64,000 nt of DNA from Marsupella aquatica (lineage: Eukaryota > Plantae > Marchantiophyta): positions 22,915,455 through 22,979,454 of the forward strand of contig OZ316897.1 in NCBI GenBank assembly GCA_973895155.1. The letters run 5' to 3'. A program made the translations under genes and the position numbers. Shown in pieces: positions 1-14,560 of the stretch (position 1 is the first letter of the stretch; the number at the start of each line of letters is the position of its first letter). Under the pieces are notes generated by a model. That model made no database searches. It was not told where the DNA came from and saw only the letters and a program-made list of their open reading frames with translations.

Positions 1-596
1 ATTTAAAATAAAAATAGTATTATAATATAATCTTTACAAAATAGAATATTTATATTAGGCTAAGATTGCACGCGGTGTACTCCAAAATATACATTAAGTT
101 AACCCCCCAGTCTTGAATTCATACATTCACTTAAAAAATGGTCACTAGTCATCACACAAGGCAAACAATTATGCCCGAGCTCATGTGGGACATGGAAAAG
201 AGGATGGGGTGAATATCCAGTCTTATTCAACCTACCCTTCCCAAAAAGGGAAGGACAAAGAATGCACCCATGCTTTGATTGTACAAGATGCCTCACTCTT
301 CTTGATAAAAGCGCACATGAGGACAGCACAATCTCAACATTTGAGGTGTTGGAGAGTAAAATCACATTTGAGATGGAGAGATAAGTACTACAGTCGTATT
401 TCCTGTACAGTAGCTTGGAGGCTTGGACCTCATTTTTTTTCTTTCTGTTTTAACTGCACGATTAACAAGAAGCAGGTGAGTCCTTGCGAGAACATGAAAT
501 GGGGCCCTTCATTGTGCCGTTCTCCCATACTTAATATATCTAAAATCCTGGCAATACCTAAGAAATTTGTTTTCTGGCCAGCCAGCAACAAAGAAT

Positions 597-622
597 GAAC
601 AAACAAACAAACAAACAAACAA
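597..622 (+). repeat. (AAAC)n microsatellite
   Basis: About six AAAC units in a row. Confidence 0.85.
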
Positions 623-2535
623 GGTTGTTCCCACACATATTCTACATGGCCCTAAAGTTCACCTCTTGAATGGGCTCCAAAATCTGAGCCCTACTAAGCT
701 GCCACTCTGTTTTGTTGAATCACACAGTTTACCACTCCTTTAGTTTGATTACACAGATGCCACCATTTTACACCACTGATTAAGCAAGTAACTTTGGTTA
801 GTTTGGACTGGTCCAATGGTCAAGATCCTCCTAGTTTCCATCATCGGACAACTGTCATCATCCACAACTCAGACTCAGCACCCTCTCCCACCCTTGACCA
901 GGGGGACAGGAGAGTGGGAGAGCCAACCAAGAGGAGGTGGAGCGAGTCGGGATGGGAGCAAAGTAAGAGACCACTAGAAGAATGCCCCCCCTTTATGCCT
1001 GCTTTTATGACTAGGCCTAGATTAGAGCCGTGTGTGAGGACCAGTCATTGTCATGTTTTTTGACTTAGTAGTCATTAAATTGACTAGACAAATGTCACGA
1101 CATGCAAAACATTGAGTCTCAATTAGTCAAGTTAAGGACTAGTATATAGCTTAGGGTAAGAAAGTAAGTTAGGGGTGCAATGATCGACCCAACCCAATGT
1201 CGGGGTGCTCCTGTTAGGGTAGCTCTAGGACATGGATGACCATCTGATGGTGAGAGTTGGTAGGATGTTTATTGTTGGATTGTTTCATGAAACTAGAGGT
1301 ACTTTGCTTAACAAACAGTTGAAACAGATGACAACTTAATAATTAGAACTGAAGAGAGTAGCAATGCAACAGATGCATTTCACAAAGCAGACTGGCAATG
1401 TAGTAAATCTCAGCTTCAAACTTGATCTCATATGCAATCATCCAGTCTCAAGCTCAATTCAGTCAAACCATCCTGGAATGGGTTCTACTCCAGACCGTCA
1501 ACAGGCGCTTGTGATAGTTGTTGGAATAGAAAATTTAATGAACAAATGTCAACAAAGACAAAAAACCCTATGAATTCAGCCATGCAGATATTCCTTATTG
1601 AAGGTACTACCAACTTATTTATCTGAAATAACTTGAACAAAGTCAGAACAAATGCTTGTTGCAATATTCCTTCACATGTTCAATTCTTAACATTTCCCAC
1701 ATGAAGACAAATTCCTCCCATTTCGATATAGATTGGATTGGCGTTACTTTGTACTTTCAAGACTTTATGCACATCAAACCCCTTCACGAATATCGATTTG
1801 AGTGGTACATCATTACTTCCTACAAGCCTATAAACTATTATTCATGAGTACTAGCCTACATGACTTACCCTCTATTCATACAGGTTCTGAACAATTGTTT
1901 TGCCACCGTGCTCACCCATAAAAATGCTTGCATTTCTTTTAATTTTCTTGCACACCTTTTGGCACGTGGCAAAAGAACATCGAATAAAATGCATAGCAAT
2001 TTTTGCTTTCTAGGCAGAAATTGCACAAAAGCAAACCACACAACTGGCTTGGAGGCCGGGAAAACTCTTGGTTTATATAGTTTTGTCTTGGATAGCAATT
2101 TTTTGTTTGTGTCTTGTATGGTATGCTGACCATTCCTACAATTGTTACCTAACATTTAGAGGGTAACTATATGACATATTAGGCGAAGTAATAAAGATCA
2201 GATTTAGATGTTTGAGTTGATTTAGTCAATATTATATGTCCTCCATTTCCCACCAAAACACGAATCTATAGGTGTCCTCGTTTCTCTAAATAAGATTTAA
2301 GTATTATCAGATTTTAGAGTACTTCCGTGCTTGCATTTGTTCAGTGAATTAAATTAAAGTTTGGAACAGATTTGAATAATACTGATTGAGCTTGTTGAAC
2401 CTGATAAACTGGAGACTAATTAAATTAACCACATCATATGGCCAAAGTGTGGCATCAAACAAACAAACCCAGTTTCACTTCAAATCAAGGTTATGCATTA
2501 TTTTGGGTGAACTGACAAGCTCCCACCATAGAGTA

Positions 2536-2810
2536 AAAAAGCCACAAGAGCCTGACCCAGTGAACAGTGAAAAACACGGGAAAACCCAAGAAAAACCAAT
2601 GCCACCCAAAACCGCATAGTCTAACCCAATCCAGGGGGGAAAATGAGGGAAAGCCTGAGCAAGACCAATAAGCCACAAAAACACGGTGATCCAATAGACG
2701 GGGCAGAATGAGGGAAAACCGGGGGAAGACCAATGAGCCACAAAGCTATGGTGACCCAATACAGGAGGCAAAATGAGGGAAATCCAGAGGAAGACCAACA
2801 AGCCAAGAAG
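2536..2810 (+). repeat. Degenerate tandem repeat, ~65 bp unit, 3-4 copies
   Basis: AATGAGGGAAA...AAGACCAA..AGCCACAAA recurs at ~2641, ~2706 and ~2771; a more diverged copy lies at ~2536-2600. Confidence 0.7.
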
Positions 2811-5800
2811 CCAAAGAATCCAACACTACAGCAACCCCACTAAAGCCCTCTAAGAGCCCTAGTCAGGTGTTACCTGAAAAGCCACTAAAGTCTTAGTCAG
2901 AAGTAAGCTTGGGGTAAACAACATAGGAGGTTGTCATACCAGTAATCTTGGGGTAAACAGCATAGGAGGTTGCCACATAGGACTTTATCTGGAGGCCCTA
3001 CAATCAACAGCCTTTGCCTTCCCCATAATTTGAAACCCTTGGATGCAAGTACCCCTTGATTGGGTCTCTCACCTGCTCAGTCTTGTCTAGTGTCCCTAGT
3101 TTGAAGCTTTCTGTTCTGTGGCATTCTGTTTTATAGAAGTGGGATTCAGAATTGAGGTCCAAGAATTCTGATTTAAGAGCCTTGTCTCGCCTCAATAGTC
3201 CCTAAACTCCAAGACTGATTTGCTAGGGTGCAGTCTGCCTGACATATTGTTTCAACGGGTTTTAACAGCGGCAGACATATATTGGTTCAACAGGGTTTCG
3301 ACAGAGTCCACATAAATATAGCCCTTAAACTCAAAGACTGCCTTGCTACACTAGAGTCTGCCTAATGTATATTGTTTCAACAGAGTACGCATAAATACCA
3401 TTTTGTTGCTGGCGCAGTAGACAATTGTTCTCAAAGAGTACCAACTTCAGCTATGTATTCGCCAGCTCGTTCGAACCAGTTTCGATGATGTGGGCTGACA
3501 TGACGGAGATGGGTGAAACATTTTCTACGGATTATTTTAGTTATTCACGAATACATCATGTTTTGACAATAGGTTTACGAACTGTACCCGTGGCTGAATA
3601 GCTGCCGCATCGTGCTACATGTATTTCTTCAGGAGGTGAGAGGACAAAGCCGTTCCTCTCTAAACTTTCCCTGTTGCATAGAAACTAAATTCCCGCTTCA
3701 AAACTCAGAACACCTCACTTTCGAAGTCATTCATTACAGGCGATGGCGTCAAGGGAGATCTGCTGTTTGTCTCTGATGAGCTCGCCGTACTTTTCGATCA
3801 AATCCAATGGTGTCACAGTCCAACTTCTTGAACGGCTTCTTGTCTACTATAAGTTTGGGGGCAAAACTTCTTGTCAGTTACTTGCACTCATTGCAAAGCT
3901 ACAAGAGCCAGATACGTGATATATAAATCTCTGCACTCTCTACGATCTGTTGCTCTGGGCACACCTAAGGAGATAATTATCATCACTGTACTCCTCTGTG
4001 AATGCAAACTGGTTATACATTTGAGGATATACTTGCACGCCAATCCTCACAGTAGTGCCCGAGATTCTTCACGGACTACCGTGCGAATTGATCAAATTTT
4101 CATTTCTGTCCATGCTGCCCTTCGATCAGTTCATCTATACAATAACTGCATAAAGTGGAACACCAATATGATGACTGTCTTCTCATCTCAACGGTAACAG
4201 TTGTCCATTGTGAAAAGAAAAAATACACGACAAGCACTAACTCTGCTGCGAAAGAAACCCTCATGATTGAACACATTAACTCATTTGTAGTATGACAGTC
4301 TTACTTCCCATAGATTGACCACAAGATGCCACACTCGCTTCAGCAACAAATTTCTGCTTCCTGGGTTACATGCTCAGGTACAACTAGGCTCGGCAGTCCC
4401 CACCATTAGTGAAACAGGGTAAAATTCCTGATGGCTAAAATACCAGACCAACCCTGGACGCATGAATCAGCCTCCGCCAAAATGAATCAGCTCCGTAGAG
4501 TTTTGAATGTATACCCCTTTAGCTTTTGGAAACAATTGCGGTCCAATCTGAAGAGCAGAAATCAAGAAAGCGAGGCCATTCTAAAACGGTCAAGAGCCTC
4601 TTCAAGACAAAAAGACGAACTGACCCATCAGACAAAATAACTCGTGTCAGCAGACTTTCATAGCCTCTGTATACGAAGAGATACTGCACTTGCATAGTCG
4701 AGTTCTGTTCACTCATTCACAAAGCGAACCAAGGTCCTTCGTACTTCAGGGTCTCCAAAGATCACCAATTGAAAGAAAGTTTTTCAAGAAATACCTTCAA
4801 CCATTAAGTAACCAGATAGAAGGCAATAACCTTCCACCTTATATGCCGGATGACTTACTACGCAACAAGCACCATTAGTGGACAAATAGGATACTATGAA
4901 CAACGCCAATAATCAATCAGAATATAGATTGGCCAGGAAGTGCAGAGTTAGGATCATGACGGTTAGCAATTTCATGTAAAGTCACAACACAATCAACTTT
5001 CTATTGAAACAATGCGAGATGCACACGACCGCTTGACCCTCATACCATACAAATATTCCATGGATTCTTGCCCAATTGGTGAGAAATCAAACCCCTTGAC
5101 CTTATTTAGAATACAAGCTGCACAATGTCGAGCACCTAGCTCTAATCAAAACTTTGTTTTAACTAATCTAATGCTGCAGATCACCTCTGATCTGGCCTCG
5201 AAGAATCCAAATCACAGCCAGGCCCTGCTGCAAGGAAGAGGCTCCATGGTAGAACTTTCCAACATAAGTACACATTTGACAGAACTGGGGTCATGTCAAA
5301 TCCATCATCCCAACGCACACCCTTGAGTTAACTTCGGCGCCAATCTGCAGAACAGAATCATTTTTGCCCATGGATAGTTAGTCTGATTGAAACCAAGTAC
5401 AGCCTGCAATCGTTCCTGATCCTCAAGGACATGCATGGCCTTGTCGAATGTACACCGCCTCGGGTTGTCATGGCAGCCACACTAAGACAGCTCATTTCAC
5501 ATCAATGATGTCTTTGAGGAAGGAATCAACATCATTGGTCGTTCAGTCAAAATAAGCACCAAACAGCATTTTTTCCTTGTAAAGTACCACACTGACAAAT
5601 GATTTACACGCACGATGCTGCGGGAAATGTACTGACTGATGTAGAAAGACGTACTTTGTGCAAATGCCATAGTGGCATGACAGACTGTGCATATTGCATA
5701 AAGTATAAAACGATAAAGAAAGAGCCAGCTTCACTTTCTAAGAAATACAAAGACTGCCATTGATCGTGCTATTTCTTGTGCACAAATATAGACAAGTAAT

Positions 5801-6030
5801 TAGAAACTGCGGTTTCTAATTACTGAGAATGTCCATGTTCACCAATATCTCTTTCGACCAATCTTATCTGCCTCAGTTCCTAAACCTGACGTTGGGAAAC
5901 GATTAAAGTAGGCATTCTCGTCATATCATCGGCCCATTTGCAAAAATTAGATTTTGGCATCATGGATACACATGTCGATTCTACAAAACGGGACAAATCG
6001 CCCACATTTTCTGATTTCATTCAAAAATTC

Positions 6031-8133
6031 TTACCAGTTGAGATATTTTTCAATCGTTGCAGTCAATGTAGACTTTGGTACTGCTCCAATAACGGTATCC
6101 TTCTTCTCGCCTCCCTTAAAAATCATGACCGTGGGAATGCTTCGGATGCCATACTCAGTCGCAACGTGAGGGCTCTCGTCTGTGTTCAATTTCAAGCACC
6201 TGATCTTTCCCGCGTATAGCCTTGCCAGCTCGTCAATTATGGGCGCAATCATTCGGCAAGGACCGCACCAGGGAGCCCAGAAGTCCACTAGTACTGGAAC
6301 GTCGCTCTCCAACACCAGCTCTTTGAAGGTTTGGTCGCACACTACTCCAGCTGCACCATGTTCCAAACGAGGTACAGAGTATTAACAGATGTAAGCCACT
6401 CAGTTCCTGCAACGCATTCACACACATCCTTGCCGAAAAGGACCGATACACTACACACACCCAAGCTCTCATGAATCTTGATCCGACACTGGGATAGTAA
6501 ACGTGATTCAAACGAGAACTATCTGCAATTTAAATCCAATTGCCACTTTCTATAAACGTCAACAAATAATTTGCCGACTAAGAGTCTTTGAAATAGAACC
6601 CCTTTCAACATGGGATCCAACTAAAATGCCTAGCCTGAAACGCAAAAATCTAGCATGAGATCTTCTTCCATCACGGGATCCAGTGTAAGCGATTTCCTTC
6701 AATACCCAAAATCTACACGTTGGGCTGCCCTCGAGAACAGAACTTGGGATACGCATCCACTACTGAATCAGTTTTGGCTTGACAAAAGAGCATACTAATT
6801 GCAACCCTGCTGTGTCAACAACTGAGCTAAAGAAGAATCTGGCAGCAAACGCTAAGGCGAAACAAAAAGGCGGGAGTCACAAACGACCGATTCATCTTCT
6901 AGGTACCATGGAGAGATGGCAGCCTTCCTGATGGTTCGGCCAGGGAAAAGCCCAACAGAATTTTGACCACAGAAACCAATATCTCATAATCCTAACTCAC
7001 TCATGCTGTGATGACCATAATCCACCAATTGGGCTCCTCATTTCTGAACCAGGTTCCAACACAAGAAGACAGACACCCACTCAAAAGAGCTAACGCTTTG
7101 CCAAATATCACACCCCTTAAATCACCACTGGCCATATAAAAGGAGAAGTGTCCAAGACTTCTTCCTCTTTCACATTCCTTTCCTCTACCGTGAGACTTCG
7201 CACCACAATTTCAGGAAAAATACTAAAAATGGTGAAACCTGTGGAACCAGGTTTTTTCATGGCTAGTGGCTCTTTAAGCCAAACAACAAAAAATCCACTA
7301 CACAGCTTTTTGACAAATCTAACCCCTTGAAGTGGTGATGGCCAAAAATCCACCCAAATACAAATGTGCGCTTCTCAGTTCCAGCCCAGTCTCCCAATAC
7401 AAGAGGCAAAAGACATACCCTACTCATTACAGCCAAGACCGACTGAGACCAACCAAACTCATGGCGGAAAACTAAATCCATCCTGGCCGAATCAGAGCTA
7501 TCAAACTCATCATGGCCAACACCTACACCACCATAACCAAAATCAGACGGATAAAACTCGTCGCCAGCACCAAATGCATTTCGGCCAACATCAGAGCCAT
7601 CAAACGCATCACAGCCATCAGGATCCCGTGAAGGCCGAAACTCCACATCCGTAAAATGGCCAGAGAGCTCAACCAGCTCAGGCCCTAGACAGATGCACAT
7701 ATCTAAGACGCAAGGAGGTGATGACATTCTCGCAGACGAGGACAAGCAAAAGGCGAGACACACAATGCGAGAAAACACCATCCACGCAAGAGACAAGGAA
7801 CGTACTGCCTCCTAGAGCAGTCTCGGGAGCTTCACAGACGATTCCCTTCGACTCCTGAGACGAAGGAGAAGCACGAACAGCAACAGCACGCAGTCTTCTG
7901 GACGTGCCCAATATTCTCAAACCCCTGCTAGTCGGCAACACAGCCCTGCTGGACGACGACGAGCCATTTCTACAAGCCAGCAATCTCAACGGCGAGAAGG
8001 ACGACACCACCTGCTGCGAGCTGCACACTGCTCCCCCCTGCAATGCCCTGCTGCTGCTGCTGCTCATGCTGATGCTATTGCTCGTGCACGCCATTATCGT
8101 CGCTGCCGCCCCCACCTCCAGCACCACCGCCAT
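6031..8133 (-). CDS. TRXm: Chloroplast thioredoxin m-type, 2 exons (8133-7806, 6350-6031), ~215 aa with Ser/Arg-rich transit peptide
   Basis: Exon 2 encodes [18 protein letters not shown]...LNTDESP...YGIRSIPT...[12 protein letters not shown] (WCGPC active site, m-type motifs). Exon 1 is a Ser-rich transit peptide ending [11 protein letters not shown]. The GT (GTACGT) donor and TGCAG acceptor join in frame. Confidence 0.95.
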
Positions 8134-9809
8134 GGAAATGCAATGCTTCGCTCTCTCAGCCTGGCTGTGCTTCTCCCTCTCTCTGGTTCCTCCGCGAGCG
8201 AATCCCCCCGCTGCTGCTTCTCGGAGCTGAATGAGTAACGAGAAGATGAGTATCCAGAGCGTAATTGGGCCACGTACTCGCGGCTATGGAAGTATTCGAG
8301 CTCGTCGGGTGGGGAATTGAGGATGGGGTTGGAGCGGATCGATCGATGGGTCGGGCCTTTGCTTGAGGAATGGAGATTTCGCTGCGCCGTGTGCAAAGGA
8401 GAGGAATGTGGAGGAAGGGAGGGAACAGGCAGAGGGGACCGAAGGGGAGGGGTACGTGAGGTTGAGATGAGATGAGATGAGACGCGCACCCCTGTTCGTT
8501 CCGTTCTTGACGTGAGGTGAGATGAGATGAGACGCTTTGCATGGTCTAGTTTGGGGCTTTCGGGCAGTCGGGCTGCTGGCCTATGCCCGCGGGCCGATAA
8601 AAAGTTTTAGGGCCCCTGCCCGCGGGCAACATCAAAAGGTTTCGGATGCTGCAGCCGGTTCGCTCTTATATGCGGCAGAACAAAATGTTTGGGGTATCTG
8701 CCCGCGGGCACGGCACATGGGTTCGTTTGCTGCGGCAACACGAGAAGCAGCTACGGGTTCCCTGTTACCGGGCCGAACAAAACGTTTGTGGTCTCTGCCC
8801 CGGGCAAAGGAAAAAGGTTTCGGCTGCCCCTGAAACGACACGTGCACCTATGGTTCTCTTTTATCATTCCAGGTGGTTTATGGCTGATGGCAAATTCAAA
8901 ATTTGGCTTGCCCGTGAGCATCTCCAACCCAAAGGAGTTTTGGTTATTTGATAAATTAAATACCAGGTTTGACACTGTACTATATTTCGTTCACTGTAGG
9001 TATCTTTAGAGGCCAACTGAAATATAGCCCCAACACTGATGGGATAATTTCACTAAACTACAGATATTAACATCTGACAGCTGTAGATTGAGATCTTGAA
9101 AAACTCTTAAGGAGCCAACCAGTTTATAATGGCTCCCATATACAGATCCACTAACAAAAAACTTATTCTTGAAAATCCAGTTGCAGTTCGAGTGAATAGG
9201 TTGGACCTGACTTTTTATATTTTCTTTACTGGGTTTTGTTAACACCCAATGAAACCCAGATAGAGTTCCAATGAATGGGTTGGACCTGACTTTACTGAGC
9301 TTGGTCAACACCCAATTGGGTTGGAGATACTCTTAGGCAACAAAAGAAAAAGATTTCAACCAGAACAACCACAAAAAAAATGGTCCGGTCTGGCGTGATT
9401 TGATTAGCTCTAGTTTGATCCAGATACTCCAGTTTGTTTGGCCCACCCCATGACCAGGAGGGTTAAGAGTTTAGAGTACCCCCAATGCCAGGTTAGATAC
9501 TGACAGTAGGTGCATGTCAGTAAAAGTCACTAGTAAATGGGTCAGTTATGTACCATCGCAATAAGTTTTAAATTTAAATATTGCCTGGAGCCAAGTTAGA
9601 GCCTAAGACCTTTCCATCACACTAGCTCAAATTCCTGTGTACAAGCTCAAATACCTACGTGTTGTACAGGAAGGGCTCCATGGGCTCCTCCATGGGCTCC
9701 CACCAATACAGAGACTCCACTCTCATGTCTGACACTATTCACAAGCATAATCTAAATATCACTTGTTGTTATATTTCCTACAAGGCTTCACTCTAATTCC
9801 TACACATGC

Positions 9810-9978
9810 CTTCACTCTAAGGAACACATCATAAAGAGTAGATTTCAATCAGGGATTATAGTATCGATAGATAGACAGATAGACCCATGGCTGCACTCTA
9901 CCTAGGGATGAATATTTAACTTCACTCTACGGAGCACATCATAAAGAGTAGACTTCAATCAGAGAGTGTAGTGTAGTG

Positions 9979-10014
<36 letters not shown>

Positions 10015-10056
10015 CCCATGGCTGCACTCCACCTAGGGATGAATATTTAACTTCAC
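9810..10056 (+). repeat. Tandem duplication (~110-130 bp) containing a (GATA)n microsatellite of differing length
   Basis: CTTCACTCTA.GGA.CACATCATAAAGAGTAGA.TTCAATCAG...GATAGACCCATGGCTGCACTC.ACCTAGGGATGAATATTTAA occurs twice; the second copy has an expanded GATA run. Confidence 0.85.
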
Positions 10057-11393
10057 AACCGTTTACTCGCTTTGATTACCACGCGGGACTTGAAAAGCAG
10101 AAGCGCAGTAGCAAAACTTTGATTGTTATTTGGGATTCTACAGAGGCCGCATGTTTCCCGGGTTGACAATACAGATACTCTTACTCAACGCTTCTGCAGT
10201 AAGTTTTCATCGAGGAAGTCTTAAGTTCATTGAGCCTCAATATACTTCATTATGGAAACTGTGATCAAGATGTGCCATGCAAAACAAGACAATCAATATA
10301 TGTAGGTACATGCACTTTTGTGAATTTTGCTGCTCAGAGCTTTATGTTTTTAATATGAGATGTTTTTGACGTTGAGACGTCTGCTAGCTTGCAATCAGTC
10401 AAACAGGACTGTTCCATCGTTACTAGACTGAAATTATTTTCACTCCTTCCAAATATTTGGAGTTTTGATTTTGGCAGATCTCGGCCAGGCTGCAGAAAAG
10501 CCAGACCAGTGTACCGTTCTGCAGTTTTTGGTATTTAAATCAATTGCCATCATGTTGTGGCATCTTCGTGATGCTGCAAGGGTTCAAATAGAATATTAAA
10601 CCATCTGCGGGTGTGCAGACGACGTATATGATATATCAGAAAAATAACCGTTTGAAAATTCCACATATTAGCAGTTTTAGCAAGTCACGTGGGGCTTAAA
10701 AAAAGCCAAGATGACGTTCATGAAACACCGCTGAATATTTGTGTAACCCAACTCATATTATAAACAGACAGCAGCTACAACTGACAATAGCCACTGATAT
10801 GGAGGGTCTGCAATTTCTCTATAATATACCTTGGAACATCCTGAGAACTACTTGACAGTATTCTTGCTGCTAACTTTCTCGCAACTTTTGCGGAAGTGGT
10901 GTGTGACGGAATATGGTGACACTAAAGCGAAACAGATTGAGCACCGCTAACTCACTGAGCGCCAGTCTCTATATAACTGATGGAGGTGATACGAGGAGAA
11001 TAATTCTACTCCCATTTCATACTGGCCTTCTCAGCTAACTGGCAATGAACCACTTCTTGGATAAGAAAAGAAAACGAATTTAGATCCGGCATCACAATTG
11101 GCTTGAGAGAGTGACAATAGTGCCCGACATATTGCCCAGATGATGTGAAGACCATGGGATCATCAAGCAGCTACAAGGGTTCCATTCAAATACTTGTCAG
11201 CACTTCTGAGAATGTCCACTGACAGCCAACTGCACCATGGTAGTCTGGAAGTCCCGTTTCACCTTGAAGATTTTCGCGGCTAATGATTCATCCACACTCT
11301 CGGAGCTGATGGTCAAGACTCACCATCAAGATATGATTTGCACAATCCGTCCCGGTGCCGGATGAGATCCGCTAAAGGGTATCAGGTCTGTCA

Positions 11394-14300
11394 TCAGATA
11401 TCATGGGGCACATTGTTCTCCAAGAGCTCCAGGCTGATACATCAAGACATCACGACATTTAGAGCGGGTGAAACAATATATACTTTTCTTGTTGTTGGTT
11501 GGTGAAGAGTGTCAGGTTCAAGCCCACCGGGTATGATTTATAACGGCATATCCAGCATTAAGTCATTTCCAACAGAATCTAAGGACTGGTTGCTTAATTT
11601 GACTAACAAGAATATAGTCTAAACTTCTGCTACTCTACGCCATGGATCAGAAATCTCGTGACTTTTGTCGCTAACTGTTAAGCGGGCCCTGATTAACTCA
11701 TACCTGGCAGACATGATGGCCATGCCAACAAACACCGCTGCTACTGCCCGTCGATGCCCGGCATATTCCAAGGCCAAAGGCAACATTTCATGAAGGGTTA
11801 TGAAAGCCATGACCCCGCCAACTGCAGGACAGTATCCCAATCAGAGATTAATTTCCGATGTCAAGCAAGCCCATAACTAACTTATTAGTCTACTAAACCA
11901 GTCATTTTCTGAGCTTTCTGCTGTCAGAAAATCCCAACAAAATTTGAGAAGTTTTTAAGGGTACTTACCGGCTCCAAGCAATCCTTCCAACACATCTGGG
12001 GAGAGGCTGCTGGGGAACAAGTATGCTGTAGGTCAGGCACAAGTCCGTCAGATATGTAAGTAGGAGTAAGAGTTCCAAACATATCAATATTAATGGGACT
12101 GATGGAAACAATACACGAGGCAGATGTAGACTGTAATTCACTGCATCAGGGAATGTGTGTGAGACCCTGCATCTCAGATTGTAGGCCAGGGGTTTGTTCT
12201 TTTTGGAAAGCCACTGAGAGGAGGAAAGAAGCTTACCGACAAGGATGACACCTACAGGTTCAGCAAGTCCAGAAAGGGCAGCTAATTTGAAGCCTTGCCA
12301 TTTACTGCTCTTTCAATCAAATAGACAATGAGTTAGTTTTTGTTCCCCATTCCGTTGCAGCGACTAGAACATTCACTGTCGATTCACAACTAATAACATC
12401 AGGGAATGTGTCAGGAAATACTAATGTGAAGAAGGGGGTAGTACCTTTCAGTTGCAAAGTAGACTGGTAAAGCAACAGCCACACCCTGCAGCGATTAATG
12501 TAATGACCCGTGATCAGATATACACTCAACAGGTTTCCACACAATAGAGACGAATCTAGAATAAATCCACACCCAGCAACTCCATCGCGACCACCAGCAA
12601 TTTAGAAACGTTGATGAATGCCAGCAAGATTCTCATTAGTTGGGCTCACCTCTGGTATATTGTGAAGCCCTATTGCTAAAGCCAGACTGACACCAATTCG
12701 TACACCCTGCCATGATTCAACACTAATTATAATTTCATCGACAGGTGATCAACTTCACAATCAAGATATTCTACTAACATCAGCATGATTGCAATAAACG
12801 AATGTGTAAATAGCATTTATAATAGAAACTATCCCTGTAGAGAGTAAGCTAACTGTTGCCACCGTCATACCTTGACCGAACCGAGAAACACTGCCATTCC
12901 CTCAGGAAAGTTGTGAAGGCTTATGCCTGCATAGAAAAGGGACATAAGAATGCAAGATCCTCTCAAGAAGATATTAAGAACCGACGGTATGCGTAAAACT
13001 TCCGTCCAATTTTACTGGTCCTGTTGCTCAACGCGCGGTTTCCTTGTATTGGAGTACTGCAGAACGTCCGTCATTTTTACAGTTACTTTGTGCCAAACCC
13101 TAATGCAGATAGATGTCAACCGTGAAGCTTAAACAGACATGTTTGCTCGCGGAATCATCCTGTGAACTTCTTCAGATAATGTAGGTATGTGTATAGATTT
13201 TCAGTGAATACCGTACCAACAGCTGTGATGATACCACTCAGCCACACCTGCTTGCGCTTGGCCTTAAGGAGCGGTTTGTCACCTTCTTTGTCATCCTATG
13301 ACACCAGAAGTACCAATTTAATACCTGATTTAATAGTTGTAATTGATCTCCTGATGGAGATTACTGAAAGACAGCCAGCTGGCAGAAACTACATTAAAAG
13401 CAGATCTGCATCACTAGAGCTAGGAGAAGAGCCCATATTGATAACCATGAAAGGAGGTCTACGTCTCGCCCAGACGGCCAAGAGCAAGAGAGAAAAGAGG
13501 AAAACGGCAGTACCTCCTGTTTGGCGCCTTTTGGAGAGCTGTCTGGGGGTCCCAAAGTTGGCTCGGGTATCAATGTGACAATTGCCGCAATCACAATCAC
13601 TCCCGCAAAGAACTGTCATCAATAAAACTTACGATCCTTTGTTCAACATGTTGGTGTGTGACTGGCAAAATTATTTCAAACTTGAAGAAATGAGGGACCA
13701 AACGAAAGTATTTCCAGAGTTCTTGTACATTGATTAGTTTTCTAGTTTTTGTAAGGTCACCCACATATTTGCTCTCATGATGAAAACAACGAAAGAAATG
13801 TACAGCAGGGTTATTTCAGGGTTCCCGTCCAATTAATCTCCACAGCCCCATTTCCAATTTCAAGTTCTGAACTAGAAGAACGAAAAGATATCAGAAATCA
13901 GAGCTCACAGTACTTCGGCTTAGTCTTTGGAAACCTCACCCACAGATTGGCTCTGGTGAAACCTATGGCGATCGTGGCATTATGCATGAGATCGAGAAAA
14001 GACAAGGATAGCATCATCCCAGCAGCGACACCCTGCAAGAAACCAGTTGGTCAATAACACAGCAACTTTTCCTCGCGGCTATCTAATTCCCATGAAAACC
14101 ATTGCAGCTGTCAACACAGAAGTTTCAGCAGCTGTCCCAGCTCATGCCCAAAACCCCCAAATATAAATTACTTTTGTCAGAAGCACTGACAATTCAGTTC
14201 ATTCGTGCAGGTTTCCAGAACCCCTGAAAGAACTAGTTGTTTTGCAAACAAACCACATATTCAGCATTTTTCCTGATCATCCTCAAAACTCATGGAAAAT

Positions 14301-14560
14301 AATTAATTTCACGCGATGCTTGCTTACTTGCAGTGTGCCCAGTGTCCGGAGCGAAGGTTTCGGCTGCAACACTACGAAAAGCCCACCTGCATCGAATGCA
14401 ACTAAAAATTACTAAGCAGACGATTTCATCAAGTAGGAACGGTACTGCATCTAGCATGTATCAAAGCAGCACAGCATAGCGCGAAGCATCTTTACTCACC
14501 TAAGGCAGTGCCGACGCCGCCCATGAGGGAGAGAATCAGTGGAAACAGAACTTGCGCCAT
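11394..14560 (-). CDS. ZTP29: ZIP-family (GufA/ZupT-like) zinc transporter ZTP29, 12 exons
   Basis: Exons joined at GT-AG sites give MAQVLFPLILSLMGGVGTALGG...LQGVAAGMMLSLSFLDL...GISLHNFPEGMAVFLGSVKG...AIGLHNIPEGVAVALPVYF...SGLAEPVG...GGVMAFITLHEMLPLA...MSASLELLENNVPHDI*. HNFPEG and HNIPEG are ZIP metal-binding signatures. The last exon (11433-11394) was chosen by similarity to the known C-terminus. Confidence 0.93.

Noticed and set aside
2536-2810. Regularly spaced repeats as a possible CRISPR-like array
   Set aside because: Whole units are similar to each other with no unique spacers, the context is eukaryotic and there are no cas genes; an ordinary degenerate minisatellite.
3400-5540. Possible gene or pseudogene downstream of TRX-m with some splice-like signals
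   Set aside because: The frames I translated have frequent stops and no recognisable motif; cannot be supported without homology or RNA data.
7263-7796. 177-aa (-) and His/Gln-rich 96-aa (+) ORFs
   Set aside because: Both lie inside the TRX-m intron and arise from short degenerate CATCAAAC/GGCCA repeats; no recognisable protein.
9580-9670. tRNA- or SINE-like A/B box similarity on the minus strand
   Set aside because: Boxes are too degenerate and no cloverleaf could be built; no tRNA gene was recognised anywhere in the window.
11538-11620. Alternative last exon for ZTP29 nearer to exon 11
   Set aside because: Candidate acceptors give immediate stops or non-homologous tails; the exon at 11433-11394 matches the known C-terminus better.
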